DNA of 25,902 nucleotides from Candidatus Bipolaricaulota bacterium. Lineage in GTDB: Bacteria; Bipolaricaulota; Bipolaricaulia; UBA7950; UBA9294. The stretch is taken from assembly GCA_023132545.1 (NCBI GenBank), contig JAGLYB010000032.1, forward strand, positions 1-25,902. The letters run 5' to 3'. Under the pieces are notes generated by a model. That model ran no database searches. It saw only the letters and a list, made by a program, of their open reading frames with translations, and was not told the DNA's origin. Both the position numbers and the translations under genes were made by a program. Positions 15,404 through 24,617 of this stretch are shown one piece after another; within the stretch, counting starts at the first letter, position 1, and each line of letters begins with the position of its first letter.

Positions 15404-15671
15404 CAGGGTTAAGCGATTTGTTGTATCGAGAATTTGGTGTCCCGCGCGATTCACTTAATCAACTAACGTTTCGACAACCAGAAAGTGTCATGACTTTTGG
15501 TGCCCTCTGTTCGGCTGTGAGAGAACTCGTCTTTCCTCGTCTAGGCCTGCAAAGTACGTTCAGATAAGGATGCGTCACAGGAGTTGGCAGATGAGGAATA
15601 GGCAATGTAGGGTACAGAGCTAGGCGGTCAAGTTCCGTGACACAGAGCGCGGAAGATCCTGGAGGGGCCCC

Positions 15672-16196
15672 ATGGCAAAGGTAGCCGATACGCAGTTAAC
15701 CGTTTTCATTGAGAATATCGAGTTCTCCGTTGGAAAGTTGCGGCGGTATTGCGAGGGAGTAAGTGAGGACGAGATGGAATGGACTCCTACTGGGATTCGA
15801 AACTCGTTAGCTTGGATCGTCCGCCACTGCGCCGGCTTGCTCTGGCTTGGCTACGGTCGGATTTCAGGAAACCGTATTCCCGCTAACTTGCGAGGATCCG
15901 GCATTGCTTGGGGCTCAGCCAAGGGCTCCACATACGATGAGACCAAAGAAGAACCGGGAGTTGAAGCGGATGAGTGCGTGGAATACTTAGAGAGCGCATG
16001 GCAAACGCTGAAGGGGTACCTTGTCCAGCATGATCCTTCGTGGGAAGCCAAGATGCTGGTACTGGATCGCAGAGAGCGTAATGCATGGACGTTTCTCTGG
16101 CACAACCTCGGCGACTTCTGCTACCACACGGGGCAAGCAAGTTACCTTAGAAAGCTCCTTGCAGCGGAGCGAAGACGAACACGATCCCGCGGATGA
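15672..16196 (+). CDS. DinB/DUF664-family four-helix metalloprotein
   Basis: NSLAWIVRHCAG and WHNLGDFCYHTGQASYLR motifs; SD GGAGG. Confidence 0.8.
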   Translation: MAKVADTQLTVFIENIEFSVGKLRRYCEGVSEDEMEWTPTGIRNSLAWIVRHCAGLLWLGYGRISGNRIPANLRGSGIAWGSAKGSTYDETKEEPGVEADECVEYLESAWQTLKGYLVQHDPSWEAKMLVLDRRERNAWTFLWHNLGDFCYHTGQASYLRKLLAAERRRTRSRG

Positions 16197-16595
16197 CCTA
16201 TCGTCTGCCAGGATGTGAGATGCTCTCTCAAAGAGCATTCTCAAGGCTGGTTTTGGAGCCTGGCAGATCGTACTTGGGAACGCCTTCGTTAGCCCAATCT
16301 CCGTGCTGTATTGACAACGAAATCTGCTATTCGTCCAGCATTCGGCGTATGGCTTCAGCCAAGCGGGTCGAGCTTCGCTCAACACCTGACTGAAGAAGAT
16401 GACCACAAGATCATGCTCTTCCAAGTAAACTGATCTCTAACCAAACACTTCTCGAAGTGGCATACCTTATGGTTCTACCCTGCATGCTCAGCTTCAGTGA
16501 GAAAGCGTTGGATCTGTCAAACAGAGTGCTGCTCTCACGAAACGATCTCTATGAAGTAGTTCGGCCTCTTCGGAGATTCAAGAAACGACACAACA

Positions 16596-16624
16596 TAGAC
16601 CCAAACAGGTTAATCCCCTATACT
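16596..16624 (+). promoter_or_regulatory. Putative promoter of the two-component operon
   Basis: TAGACC - 17 nt - TATACT, ending 12 nt before ATG 16637. Confidence 0.4.
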
Positions 16625-16636
16625 GGATTCACTCTT

Positions 16637-17323
16637 ATGGCTACGCGAATTCTTGTTGTTGATGACGAACCGTGGGTCGTTCAATCAGTGCGATCTTATT
16701 TGGAGGCCGCGCATTTCGAGGTGTTCGCCGCCTATGACGGCAAGGAGGCGCTGGCACAATTCGATGCCCATGCTCCCGATCTCATCATCCTTGATTGGAT
16801 GTTGCCGGAAATGGACGGAATCACTGTTGCCCAGCACATTCGCCGGCGCTCTAATGTTCCCATCATCATGCTGACGGCTCGCGTGGAAGAAGAGGATCGT
16901 ATCACAGGTTTGGAAACCGGCGCCGATGATTATGTAATCAAGCCATTTAGCGCCCGCGAGCTAGAGGCCCGTGTTCGCGCTGTGCTGCGCCGCTCAACCG
17001 GTGGAACGTCCAGCGTTCTTGAAGTCGGTTCGATCCGCCTCGATCATGAACAGCGGCAAGTTCGAGTCTCCGGTGAACCGATTGAACTCACAGCAATGGA
17101 ATTCGATTTACTGGCCTTTCTGATGGCGCAGCCGGGGCGGGTGTTTACGCGGCTAGAGTTATTAGAGGCCGTGCGTGGCGATGCTTATGGGGGGTTCGAA
17201 CGCTCGGTCGATTCACACATCAAGCGCCTGCGCCAGAAGATCGAGCCCGATCCTCACGAGGCTTCGTTGATCCTGACCGTTTTCGGTGTGGGGTACAAGC
17301 TAGCCAAAGAGAGCGGATCGTGA
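16637..17323 (+). CDS. OmpR/PhoB-family response regulator
   Basis: Start moved to ATG 16637 (MATRILVVDDE); LDWMLP phospho-Asp, MLTA, GADDYVIKPF, winged-helix C-terminus (LTAMEFDLL, VDSHIKRLRQKIE, TVFGVGYK). Confidence 0.95.
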   Translation: MATRILVVDDEPWVVQSVRSYLEAAHFEVFAAYDGKEALAQFDAHAPDLIILDWMLPEMDGITVAQHIRRRSNVPIIMLTARVEEEDRITGLETGADDYVIKPFSARELEARVRAVLRRSTGGTSSVLEVGSIRLDHEQRQVRVSGEPIELTAMEFDLLAFLMAQPGRVFTRLELLEAVRGDAYGGFERSVDSHIKRLRQKIEPDPHEASLILTVFGVGYKLAKESGS

Positions 17324-18672
17324 TCAAACGACTTCGAAAGTTGTCCTTTGGGGCCAAGCTGTTGACCGCCTTTGTCTTGATCATTGCACTGACCACGCTA
17401 GCTGGATACTTCTTCATGAGCTTGTCCGTGAATCGCGCGTTTTCCGAATTCACCACCGGACGGTATTCACAGCAGGATCGCATGACCTTCAATCTCTTTC
17501 GAGCCTTTTACGAGCAAATCGGAAACATGGACGACCTGCTGGAATCCCTTGTCCAACAACAGGTCGATCTTCCCGCCATCATCGTCAACGACGATGGTCA
17601 GGTCGTGTTCACGCCCAATCTGAGACAGGTGCAAGTAGGCCGCCACATTGACGACGAACTCCTCGAACTCGGAACAAACTTTGAAACACCGGATGGACAG
17701 CAATGGACGTTCCTTCCCACTCGATTCCTGGCCGGGCTCGAGCTGGAAGAGGGCTATTTGCAGAGGTCACGTCGCTCGATGCTGCTGGCTGGATTGACAG
17801 CTGGCGTAGCCGCGATGTTTCTCTCGTTCTTCCTCATCCGGCAATTGACGAGACCCCTCCGCAAGCTGGACCGTGCTTCACACCGCATCGCCGAGGGGAA
17901 GTTCGATGAGCGCGTAGATATCCTCTCTTCCGATGAGATTGGTCGGCTGGCCAGTTCGTTCAATGAAATGGCCGCAAGCCTTGAATCTTCCGAGCAGGTT
18001 AAGAAACGCCTGATCGCCGACATCTCTCATGAACTACGAACACCGATCACTGCTGTGCGAACGACCCTGGAAAGCCTTCGCGATGGCCTGATGGAGCCAA
18101 CGCAGGCAACGCTATCCGCCCTGCATGACAAGATCTTGCTGACCACCCGGCTGATTCAAGATCTACATCAATTAGCACTGGCTGACTCGGGCCGATTATC
18201 GATGCATCCCAGGCCATGCTCGATCGAAGATATCTTCGAGACCATTCTCGAAACAATTGGCGTCCAGATGGAAGACGAGGAGATCACCCTCGTTCGCGAA
18301 ATCGAGGCCGATTTACCGAGGATCGAGGCCGACGCTCAACGCATCGAACAGGTCTTGCTCAACTTGCTGTCCAACGCCATTCGGCATACACCGGCTGAAG
18401 GCAACATCGTTGTTCAGGCAAAGCAAGTTGGACATAAAGTTCAAGTAGCGATCTGTGATTCGGGCCCCGGGCTCTCGAAGCTCGATCTTGGACATGTTTT
18501 CGACCGCTTCTATCGCGCCGACGAAGCTCGAACAAGCGATGACACGGGCGCAGGGCTGGGCCTCTCCATCGCCAAGGCGTTGATCGAAGCGCATGGTGGC
18601 CGCATTTGGGCGGAGAACGCCCCCGATGGAGGAGCCTGTTTCGCCTTCACCCTCCCTGTATCCATCTCATAG
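17320..18672 (+). CDS. Sensor histidine kinase (two TM helices, HAMP, HisKA, HATPase; BaeS-like)
   Basis: GTGA overlap with the regulator; DEIGRLASSFNEMA, DISHELRTP, NLLSNAIRH, DSGPG, FDRFYR, GAGLGLSI. Confidence 0.95.
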   Translation: MIKRLRKLSFGAKLLTAFVLIIALTTLAGYFFMSLSVNRAFSEFTTGRYSQQDRMTFNLFRAFYEQIGNMDDLLESLVQQQVDLPAIIVNDDGQVVFTPNLRQVQVGRHIDDELLELGTNFETPDGQQWTFLPTRFLAGLELEEGYLQRSRRSMLLAGLTAGVAAMFLSFFLIRQLTRPLRKLDRASHRIAEGKFDERVDILSSDEIGRLASSFNEMAASLESSEQVKKRLIADISHELRTPITAVRTTLESLRDGLMEPTQATLSALHDKILLTTRLIQDLHQLALADSGRLSMHPRPCSIEDIFETILETIGVQMEDEEITLVREIEADLPRIEADAQRIEQVLLNLLSNAIRHTPAEGNIVVQAKQVGHKVQVAICDSGPGLSKLDLGHVFDRFYRADEARTSDDTGAGLGLSIAKALIEAHGGRIWAENAPDGGACFAFTLPVSIS

Positions 18673-18676
18673 CCGC

Positions 18677-18708
18677 AAAGAAATACGCCGCCCGTTTCCG
18701 AGCGGCGC
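18677..18708 (-). terminator. Rho-independent terminator for the convergent minus-strand gene
   Basis: Minus strand CGCCGCTCG-GAAA-CGGGCGGCG-TATTTCTTT. Confidence 0.8.
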
Positions 18709-18739
18709 ACCTCTGAGGACTAGAAGCACCCAGAGTTGA

Positions 18740-19858
18740 TTATTCCATTGCCCCGAGTTTGAGTTGCAGAACTTCCACTACTTGCTCCAGCAATTCGAAC
18801 GAATCGCGCTGTTCAGTGTGGATCGATTGAAGTCGCTGCGTAAGGGCTGAATTCCCGCCGAACCGACCTCGTCCACCAACCTGTACCTGTCCATGACTGC
18901 CTCGTGCAAGAATGGCGTTTCCGGCTCGGTGATCCAAATAAGTGAGGGCGCTGCCGAAGATACGATCTCCATGCTCGCCGTGATTCTTCGGGGCTCCGCC
19001 GCAGTGTCCGTCCAATGGCTCGCAGCGTTCTTCAGAAACCTGATGATCATCAGATTGTCCATGCCCGAAACCATTTCCGTGTTGTTCCATCATCATATCG
19101 GTATCCACATTGTCGATATCATGACCGAACCTCTCTCCAGGCATCTGCCTCATGCTATCGGAGCCAAATCGTTCCTGCATCATGCTCGACATCGAGTCGT
19201 CTCCGAATCGATGTGACTCTTGATCGAAAGACTCGATCCTGGTGTCCATCCGCGTGTTTCCTTGCATCGGCGATTGCATTCCCGCTCGTCCACCGTGATG
19301 TGCTTGCTGCATCTGCTCTATCATGGCAGCTCGTCCCATCGGCTGCATCGACATGCGATTCGCCATTGTTCCAGCTGTGTAATGGAGTCGGTCAATGCCG
19401 CGGTCGGATCCCAGAAAAGCGCCTCCTCCCAACAATTCGGGAAGTGCTTCTCGCAACACGATCCCTTGGTTAATGGACAGCAGATCACGGGCTTCATCGA
19501 GCGATGCTTTGACTGATTCATGCAGCGCTTCAGCCAAAGCCCCCTGTTCTTCCCGGAACGTGGACAGCAGTTCGTCGAGCTCTTCACCCTTTCCGTTGAA
19601 TTTGATCATGACGTCCTCGAACTCGGCACGAAAAGCATCCACCGTTTCCCTCTCTTCGAGAAGGTCGCTGAGAAGGTCTTGCAGCGCCTCCATTTGCTCC
19701 TCAGACAGTTCAAGCCGATTGACCAGAACAAGTATCGGCAGGTTAACGCCATCGGACGATTCACCCCTTGATCCAGACAGGATCTGAGTGCTCGCCGGGA
19801 TGACGGCAATCATGCCCACCACAATCACCATCGATAGAATTCTCGAAAGCTTCTTCAT
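18740..19858 (-). CDS. Exported Spy/CpxP-like protein with a Met/His/Gly-rich low-complexity region; possible metal-binding protein
   Basis: The ORF track lists it as plus, but the translation matches the minus strand (CAT at 19856-19858, TTA at 18740-18742). SD AAGGAGGA; signal peptide MKKLSRILSMVIVVGMIAVIPA; LTxxQ-like motifs LSEEQ and LSINQ; 372 aa. Confidence 0.8.
   Translation of the reverse strand: MKKLSRILSMVIVVGMIAVIPASTQILSGSRGESSDGVNLPILVLVNRLELSEEQMEALQDLLSDLLEERETVDAFRAEFEDVMIKFNGKGEELDELLSTFREEQGALAEALHESVKASLDEARDLLSINQGIVLREALPELLGGGAFLGSDRGIDRLHYTAGTMANRMSMQPMGRAAMIEQMQQAHHGGRAGMQSPMQGNTRMDTRIESFDQESHRFGDDSMSSMMQERFGSDSMRQMPGERFGHDIDNVDTDMMMEQHGNGFGHGQSDDHQVSEERCEPLDGHCGGAPKNHGEHGDRIFGSALTYLDHRAGNAILARGSHGQVQVGGRGRFGGNSALTQRLQSIHTEQRDSFELLEQVVEVLQLKLGAME
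19118..19210 (-). repeat. 13-aa (39-nt) tandem repeat RFGxD, 2.4 units, in the Met/His-rich protein
   Basis: RFGDDSMSSMMQE / RFGSDSMRQMPGE / RFGHD starting at residues 217, 230 and 243. Confidence 0.7.
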
Positions 19859-19957
19859 GACGTGTTCCTCCTTACCAGATTCGTGTTTTGGAGCCCTTGT
19901 ATTGGTTTCATGCTGGGCACAAGGTACCGGGTTACGGTGAAGGTGGCGGGCCAGACT

Positions 19958-19975
19958 TGTGTCAGTCGTGTGAAG
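19958..19975. promoter_or_regulatory. Imperfect direct repeat with 11-bp period in the divergent promoter region
   Basis: TGTGTCAG-TCG-TGTGAAG; OmpR/PhoB-like geometry. Confidence 0.35.
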
Positions 19976-20046
19976 ATCCTTGCGAGTGGCCGAGGGTCGA
20001 TTTCCCGTGTATGGTCTCTTTGTGGCACGAGCCACGGGAGGTTCGC

Positions 20047-20946
20047 GTGAGGATAGCGTTCGTCGGACTGATTGCATGTTGCCTGTTCCATAGTGTAGGC
20101 GTCATCGCGCTGGGAACAGAGGTCTTGTGCACAACCAGCATCGTCGGAGATGTGGTCCGGCAGATCGCCGGTGAGGACATTGACGTTCTCGTGCTGCTGG
20201 GTCCGGATACCGATCCGCACTCTTTCGAACCGCGTCCTCAAGACCTGGTGGCGCTTCAACGCGCGGATCTTGTGTTCATCAACGGATTGGACCTCGAAGC
20301 AGGATTAAGCAACATTCTAGAATCGATCGAAGACCACGTTATTTCGCTGTCGGCCAATCTTCCGGAGCTGCTCGCCACAGATGATGAGGTTCATGATGGG
20401 GATCATGGTGCATATGATCCTCACGTTTGGTTCGATCCCATCTTGGTTTCAGCTTGGGTCGATATCATTCGCGATCAACTAAGCCAGCTGATCCCGTCGC
20501 TGAAGTCCGAATTCCAAACGCGCGCCGCCACGTATCAAAGCAACCTTGCCGCCCTGGATACATGGATTCAAGCCCTCCTAGAGGAGATCCCAGCCGATCG
20601 TCGATTGCTGGTCACCGATCACCATGTGTATGGATACTTCGCGCGACGATACGACTTTGAACAAGTGGGAACGATTTTCCCCGGTCTCAGCACACTGTCC
20701 GAGCCTTCGGCACGCGAACTCGCCGAGCTCATATCCACCATCGAATCCCTCAATATTCCGGCAATCTTCGTGGGAATGACTGTCAATCCTTCGCTTGCAC
20801 AGCAGATCGCCGCAGACACTGGAACCCGAATTGTTTTCATGTATACGGGAGCACTTAGTGATCCGAACGGACCCGCCGGCACGTATCTCGATTTCATGAG
20901 GCATACGGCCAACACCATCCTCGAAGGACTAGGGCCGTACGAATGA
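20047..20946 (+). CDS. znuA: Zn/Mn ABC transporter substrate-binding protein (ZnuA/TroA, cluster A-I)
   Basis: Start moved to GTG 20047 (GGGAGG SD); TTSIVGDVV, DPHSFEP, NGLDLE, short His-rich loop (HDGDHG), DPHVWFDP, TDHHVYGYF, EPSAREL. Metal specificity cannot be fixed from sequence. Confidence 0.9.
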   Translation: MRIAFVGLIACCLFHSVGVIALGTEVLCTTSIVGDVVRQIAGEDIDVLVLLGPDTDPHSFEPRPQDLVALQRADLVFINGLDLEAGLSNILESIEDHVISLSANLPELLATDDEVHDGDHGAYDPHVWFDPILVSAWVDIIRDQLSQLIPSLKSEFQTRAATYQSNLAALDTWIQALLEEIPADRRLLVTDHHVYGYFARRYDFEQVGTIFPGLSTLSEPSARELAELISTIESLNIPAIFVGMTVNPSLAQQIAADTGTRIVFMYTGALSDPNGPAGTYLDFMRHTANTILEGLGPYE

Positions 20947-21818
20947 TCCATCAGAAGAGCACCGTCATCCCGAAGAGACGGAACTTCTCGCTGACGAAGA
21001 AGGGAAGATCGGATCAGGCTATCCATGATGTCGATGCAGCCGCGGTGGCTGTTCGTGGGCTTTCGGCAGGATATGCCGGCCAGCCAGCCATTGTCAATAT
21101 ATCGTTCGAATTAGGAAGGGGAGAACGCTTGGCTGTGGTCGGTCCCAATGGAGCCGGCAAATCGACCCTTCTCAAGGCCTTGGCTGGGCTACTCGATCCG
21201 ATGAAGGGCAAGGTTCTCATTCACGGCCACGGGCCTTGTCGTCACATCTGTATCGCGTATGTACCTCAGAAAAACACATTGGATTGGCGATTTCCCATCA
21301 CATTGGCCGATTTCGTGATGTTGGGACGTACGCAACGTATCGGGCCTTTACGTAAGCCACGATCGCAGGATCACGATGTTGTTCGTTCTTCTCTTGAGGC
21401 CGTAGAACTCACAGCCTATGCCCAACGTCAGATTGAGGCCCTGTCCGGTGGACAGCAACAGCGGTTGTTCATTGCGCGTGCTTTGGCGCAGAAGGCAGAG
21501 CTGATTCTGTTCGACGAGCCCTTGGTAGGCTTGGATGTACATACGCATCGTGAGGTACTCGCATTGATCGCAAATCTCTATCGTCGAGCGGTGACGGTGA
21601 TCATGTCCCTTCACGATCTATCCATCGCAGCATCCCACTTCGACAAGATCCTTCTGCTACGAGGGGAGACGATGGGATTCGGAACGCCCAAGGCTGTGCT
21701 GACCGAGGATGTTCTGAGAAGGGCGTATGGCAGTTGCCTTCAGGTGATACCGGACAAAGATGGAGCATTCATCATTCACGATACCGCCTGTTCGGGAGGC
21801 GAGCACGAAGATGTTTGA
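20943..21818 (+). CDS. znuC: Zn/Mn ABC transporter ATP-binding protein
   Basis: GPNGAGKST, YVPQ, LSGGQQQRLFIARAL, FDEP, LHDL; ATGA overlap. Confidence 0.93.
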   Translation: MIHQKSTVIPKRRNFSLTKKGRSDQAIHDVDAAAVAVRGLSAGYAGQPAIVNISFELGRGERLAVVGPNGAGKSTLLKALAGLLDPMKGKVLIHGHGPCRHICIAYVPQKNTLDWRFPITLADFVMLGRTQRIGPLRKPRSQDHDVVRSSLEAVELTAYAQRQIEALSGGQQQRLFIARALAQKAELILFDEPLVGLDVHTHREVLALIANLYRRAVTVIMSLHDLSIAASHFDKILLLRGETMGFGTPKAVLTEDVLRRAYGSCLQVIPDKDGAFIIHDTACSGGEHEDV

Positions 21819-22665
21819 ATGGCTGGTGGCCCCGCTTCGGTTTGCCTTCATGGTGCGTGGGTTGATCGCGGCAATCTCAGTCGGTGTGCTATGTTCGGCC
21901 GTTGGCGCATTCGTTGTATTGCGCGGCATGACGTTTATCGGTGATGCCCTGGCCCATTCCGTCCTGCCCGGCTTGGCCGTCGGCTTCATCTCTATCGGCA
22001 AGGGCGATCGCCGCGGATTGTTCTGGTGGGCGATGGGAACCGCCATTCTCGTTGCCCTCGGCATGGGATGGATCTCGGAACGAACCCGGTTCCGTGAGGA
22101 CGCTGCCATCGGCATTGTGTTTGCCGGCATGTTCGCCCTTGGGATTGCCTTGATCTCAACAGTCAGGGGCTTCTCAGTCGACCTTGTGCATTTCCTGTTC
22201 GGCAACGTTCTCGGGGTCTCCAACCATGATTTGATTCTACTGGGAGCATTTGGAGGCGTTGTGTTGCTGCTGCTCTTCCTGTTCTACAAGGAGCTCGTCC
22301 TCGTTTCGTTCGACATCACACTGGCACGCACGTTACGCATTCGTGCTTCATTCTACCGCTATTTGTTGTTTGTACTAATTGCCGTCACCGTCGTGCTTTC
22401 TCTTCAGACCGTAGGCATCGGATTAATGCTGGCCATGCTGGTCACACCGGCATCTACCGCACATCTTCTCACCAAACGCCTGCCCTCCATGCTGCTGGTC
22501 GGCGCCTTGCTGGGCGCTATCGCCGGGGTAATCGGGCTCTACCTCTCGTTCTATTGGGGTGTGGCCTCGGGAGCAGCCATTGTCCTGGTATCCATCGCCA
22601 TGTTCCTGGTTGCGCTGGTGGTTTCCAGCCGCCGCGAATTGGTTCGACGCTTTCGCCGCAGTTAG
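21811..22665 (+). CDS. znuB: Zn/Mn ABC transporter permease (ABC-3)
   Basis: Start moved to ATG 21811; GDALAHSVLPG, EDAAIG, LVHFLFGNVL, VGIGLMLAMLVTPASTA. Confidence 0.93.
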   Translation: MFEWLVAPLRFAFMVRGLIAAISVGVLCSAVGAFVVLRGMTFIGDALAHSVLPGLAVGFISIGKGDRRGLFWWAMGTAILVALGMGWISERTRFREDAAIGIVFAGMFALGIALISTVRGFSVDLVHFLFGNVLGVSNHDLILLGAFGGVVLLLLFLFYKELVLVSFDITLARTLRIRASFYRYLLFVLIAVTVVLSLQTVGIGLMLAMLVTPASTAHLLTKRLPSMLLVGALLGAIAGVIGLYLSFYWGVASGAAIVLVSIAMFLVALVVSSRRELVRRFRRS

Positions 22666-22827
22666 CCCTCGATTCCTGTGTATCATTTAACCGGGACGAC
22701 ACAGCCAACTGGCAAGACATTCATCTGTCTTTGGGAATCCGAGTGGCCCGGAGTCGGTTTCTTCTAGAGTGCTGGAAACCCTACCAAATCATCCGGTAGC
22801 ATGAAGCCCTCTCACCAAGGGGGAGAC

Positions 22828-23715
22828 ATGTCCAATCAACCGATTCGCGTTCGCAGAGCCACTCTGGATGATCGCGAACGTATTCTCGAGATCTCGGCAC
22901 AAATTTGGGACGGCGAAGATTATGTACCCGAATTGCTCGATGGCTGGCTCACGGACCTCAAAGGAGAGTTGGTGGTCGCAATGCTGGATGACCACATCCT
23001 CGCATTTGCTCATCGAACGTGGTTGTGTCCGGGAATCGCCTGGTTTGAAGGCATTCGCACCGATCCCGCCTGTCAGGGACGCGGAGCAGGAAAGGCCATT
23101 ACTGAATATTTCATCCGTGCCGCTCGAGATGCTGGCGCCACGCATATTGAACTATCCACCTACATCGACAACGAAGCGTCGATCCACATCATCGAATCGT
23201 ATGGGTTCCAATTGGTGGGAACGTTCTCCTTCCTGGAGCGTCCGGCTGGGTTGGAACCGCCAAAGGGTGTTGTGAACTCCTTAAACATTCGGCCGGTTTC
23301 AGAGCAGGAAACGATCGACTTCGTGAGCCATTCCGAGTTCCTTTCCCTCGCGCAGCGACGATTTCCACGCGGATGGCGATTCTTCCCCTTCGATCACGAT
23401 CCCCGTGAAGCGATCGCACGGCTCGAATGTCGTCTCGGTTATTGGGATGAAGATCAGTTAGAGGCCGTGTTGTGTATTCGCCAAGACCCCGCCCATGGCG
23501 GACCGAGTACCATCAACTTCCTGGACGGCGAACCTTCCGCAATGCGTGCCCTACTGAACCATGGCTTGCGACTGTATGGGAGCAAGACAATGGGAATCAT
23601 GGTGCCCATCCATCTGGGACGACACGCTGCCGTGCTGGAATGGCTTCGAGAAGCCGGATTTACATCGTGGTCTGAGTTCAAACCCGATGTGTTCGCCTAT
23701 GAGATGGTGCTGTAA
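22828..23715 (+). CDS. GNAT-family N-acetyltransferase
   Basis: RRATLDDRERI, EGIRTDP..QGRGAG acetyl-CoA loop, N..S..I.ESYGF. Start ATG 22828 (GGGGGAG SD) preferred over 22801. Confidence 0.85.
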   Translation: MSNQPIRVRRATLDDRERILEISAQIWDGEDYVPELLDGWLTDLKGELVVAMLDDHILAFAHRTWLCPGIAWFEGIRTDPACQGRGAGKAITEYFIRAARDAGATHIELSTYIDNEASIHIIESYGFQLVGTFSFLERPAGLEPPKGVVNSLNIRPVSEQETIDFVSHSEFLSLAQRRFPRGWRFFPFDHDPREAIARLECRLGYWDEDQLEAVLCIRQDPAHGGPSTINFLDGEPSAMRALLNHGLRLYGSKTMGIMVPIHLGRHAAVLEWLREAGFTSWSEFKPDVFAYEMVL

Positions 23716-23783
23716 CTCAAAGCTCATCCTCCGCACGTACTTGATCTTGTGGTCAACACCTGGGATGCTGCAGTAAGGATCGA

Positions 23784-24569
23784 ATGATGAAAGAACAAAT
23801 GAGCCTCTCGGACTTGAGTCCGCAAGAAAGACAACGCTATGCGCGACATCTTGTGCTCCCTCATATCGGAGAAGAAGGACAGAAACGCCTGAAGGCAGCA
23901 CGCGTGCTTCTCGTTGGCGTCGGCGGCCTAGGCAGCGCGAGCGTGCTCTATCTCGCCGGGGCTGGCGTAGGCACAATCGGCATTGTGGATGACGACATCG
24001 TTAGTCTGTCAAATCTGCAGAGACAAGTTCTCCATGGCACAGCCTGGCTCAAGCGTTCCAAGGTCGAATCTGCCAAACATCGGATCGCCGATCTGAATCC
24101 AGATATCGAAGTGGTAGCATACAGTTCTCGCTTCACAAGAGAAGCCAGCCTGGATATTACATCGAGATATGACCTTGTCATCGATGGGACTGACAACTTT
24201 CAAACACGCTACGACATCAATGCCACGTGCCTAGAACTCGGTATTCCGTATGTCTACGGCGCCATCTTCCGTTTGGAGGGACAAGTAAGCCTCTTCTGCA
24301 CCGAGGACGGCCCATGTTATCGGTGCTTGTTCCCCGAACCGCCGCCGCAGGGAACGGTGCTGACCGGTGAAGAGGCAGGCATTCTGGGCACTGTTCCCGG
24401 TGTGATCGGGACGATTCAAGCCACGGAAGCCATCAAATACATCGTCGGGTTCGGTTCTCCTCTCATCGGCCGGCTTCTTGTCTATGACGGGGCGGGAATG
24501 CGCTTCGAAGATATACATATTGAGAAGAACCCAGCCTGTCCCGCCTGCAGTGGAGTTTCACCGGCTTAG
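23784..24569 (+). CDS. moeB: MoeB/ThiF/HesA-family adenylyltransferase (E1-like), no rhodanese domain
   Basis: RYARHL, VGVGGLGS, DDDIVSLSNLQRQ, DGTDNFQTRY, CYRC and CPAC Zn motifs. Confidence 0.92.
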   Translation: MMKEQMSLSDLSPQERQRYARHLVLPHIGEEGQKRLKAARVLLVGVGGLGSASVLYLAGAGVGTIGIVDDDIVSLSNLQRQVLHGTAWLKRSKVESAKHRIADLNPDIEVVAYSSRFTREASLDITSRYDLVIDGTDNFQTRYDINATCLELGIPYVYGAIFRLEGQVSLFCTEDGPCYRCLFPEPPPQGTVLTGEEAGILGTVPGVIGTIQATEAIKYIVGFGSPLIGRLLVYDGAGMRFEDIHIEKNPACPACSGVSPA

Positions 24570-24617
24570 AATCTCCTCTGCCGACCGTGTCTGTATCCTA
24601 ATGAAAAACGAGGGACC

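Noticed and set aside
16311-16340. Perfect TTGACA in the dinB-regulator intergenic region
   Set aside because: No -10 hexamer at 16-18 nt spacing.
18740-20077. ORF-track entry 18740..20077 given as plus strand, 445 aa
   Set aside because: The listed translation matches the reverse complement (CAT at 20075-20077, TTA at 18740). The first 73 codons overlap the znuA promoter and 5' end and precede a strong SD, so the real gene is minus 19858..18740.
20620-20860. ZnuA fourth ligand Asp replaced (YTGAL) and HH at the third ligand
   Set aside because: Three-His sites without the Asp are known among cluster A-I Zn-binding proteins; not unusual.
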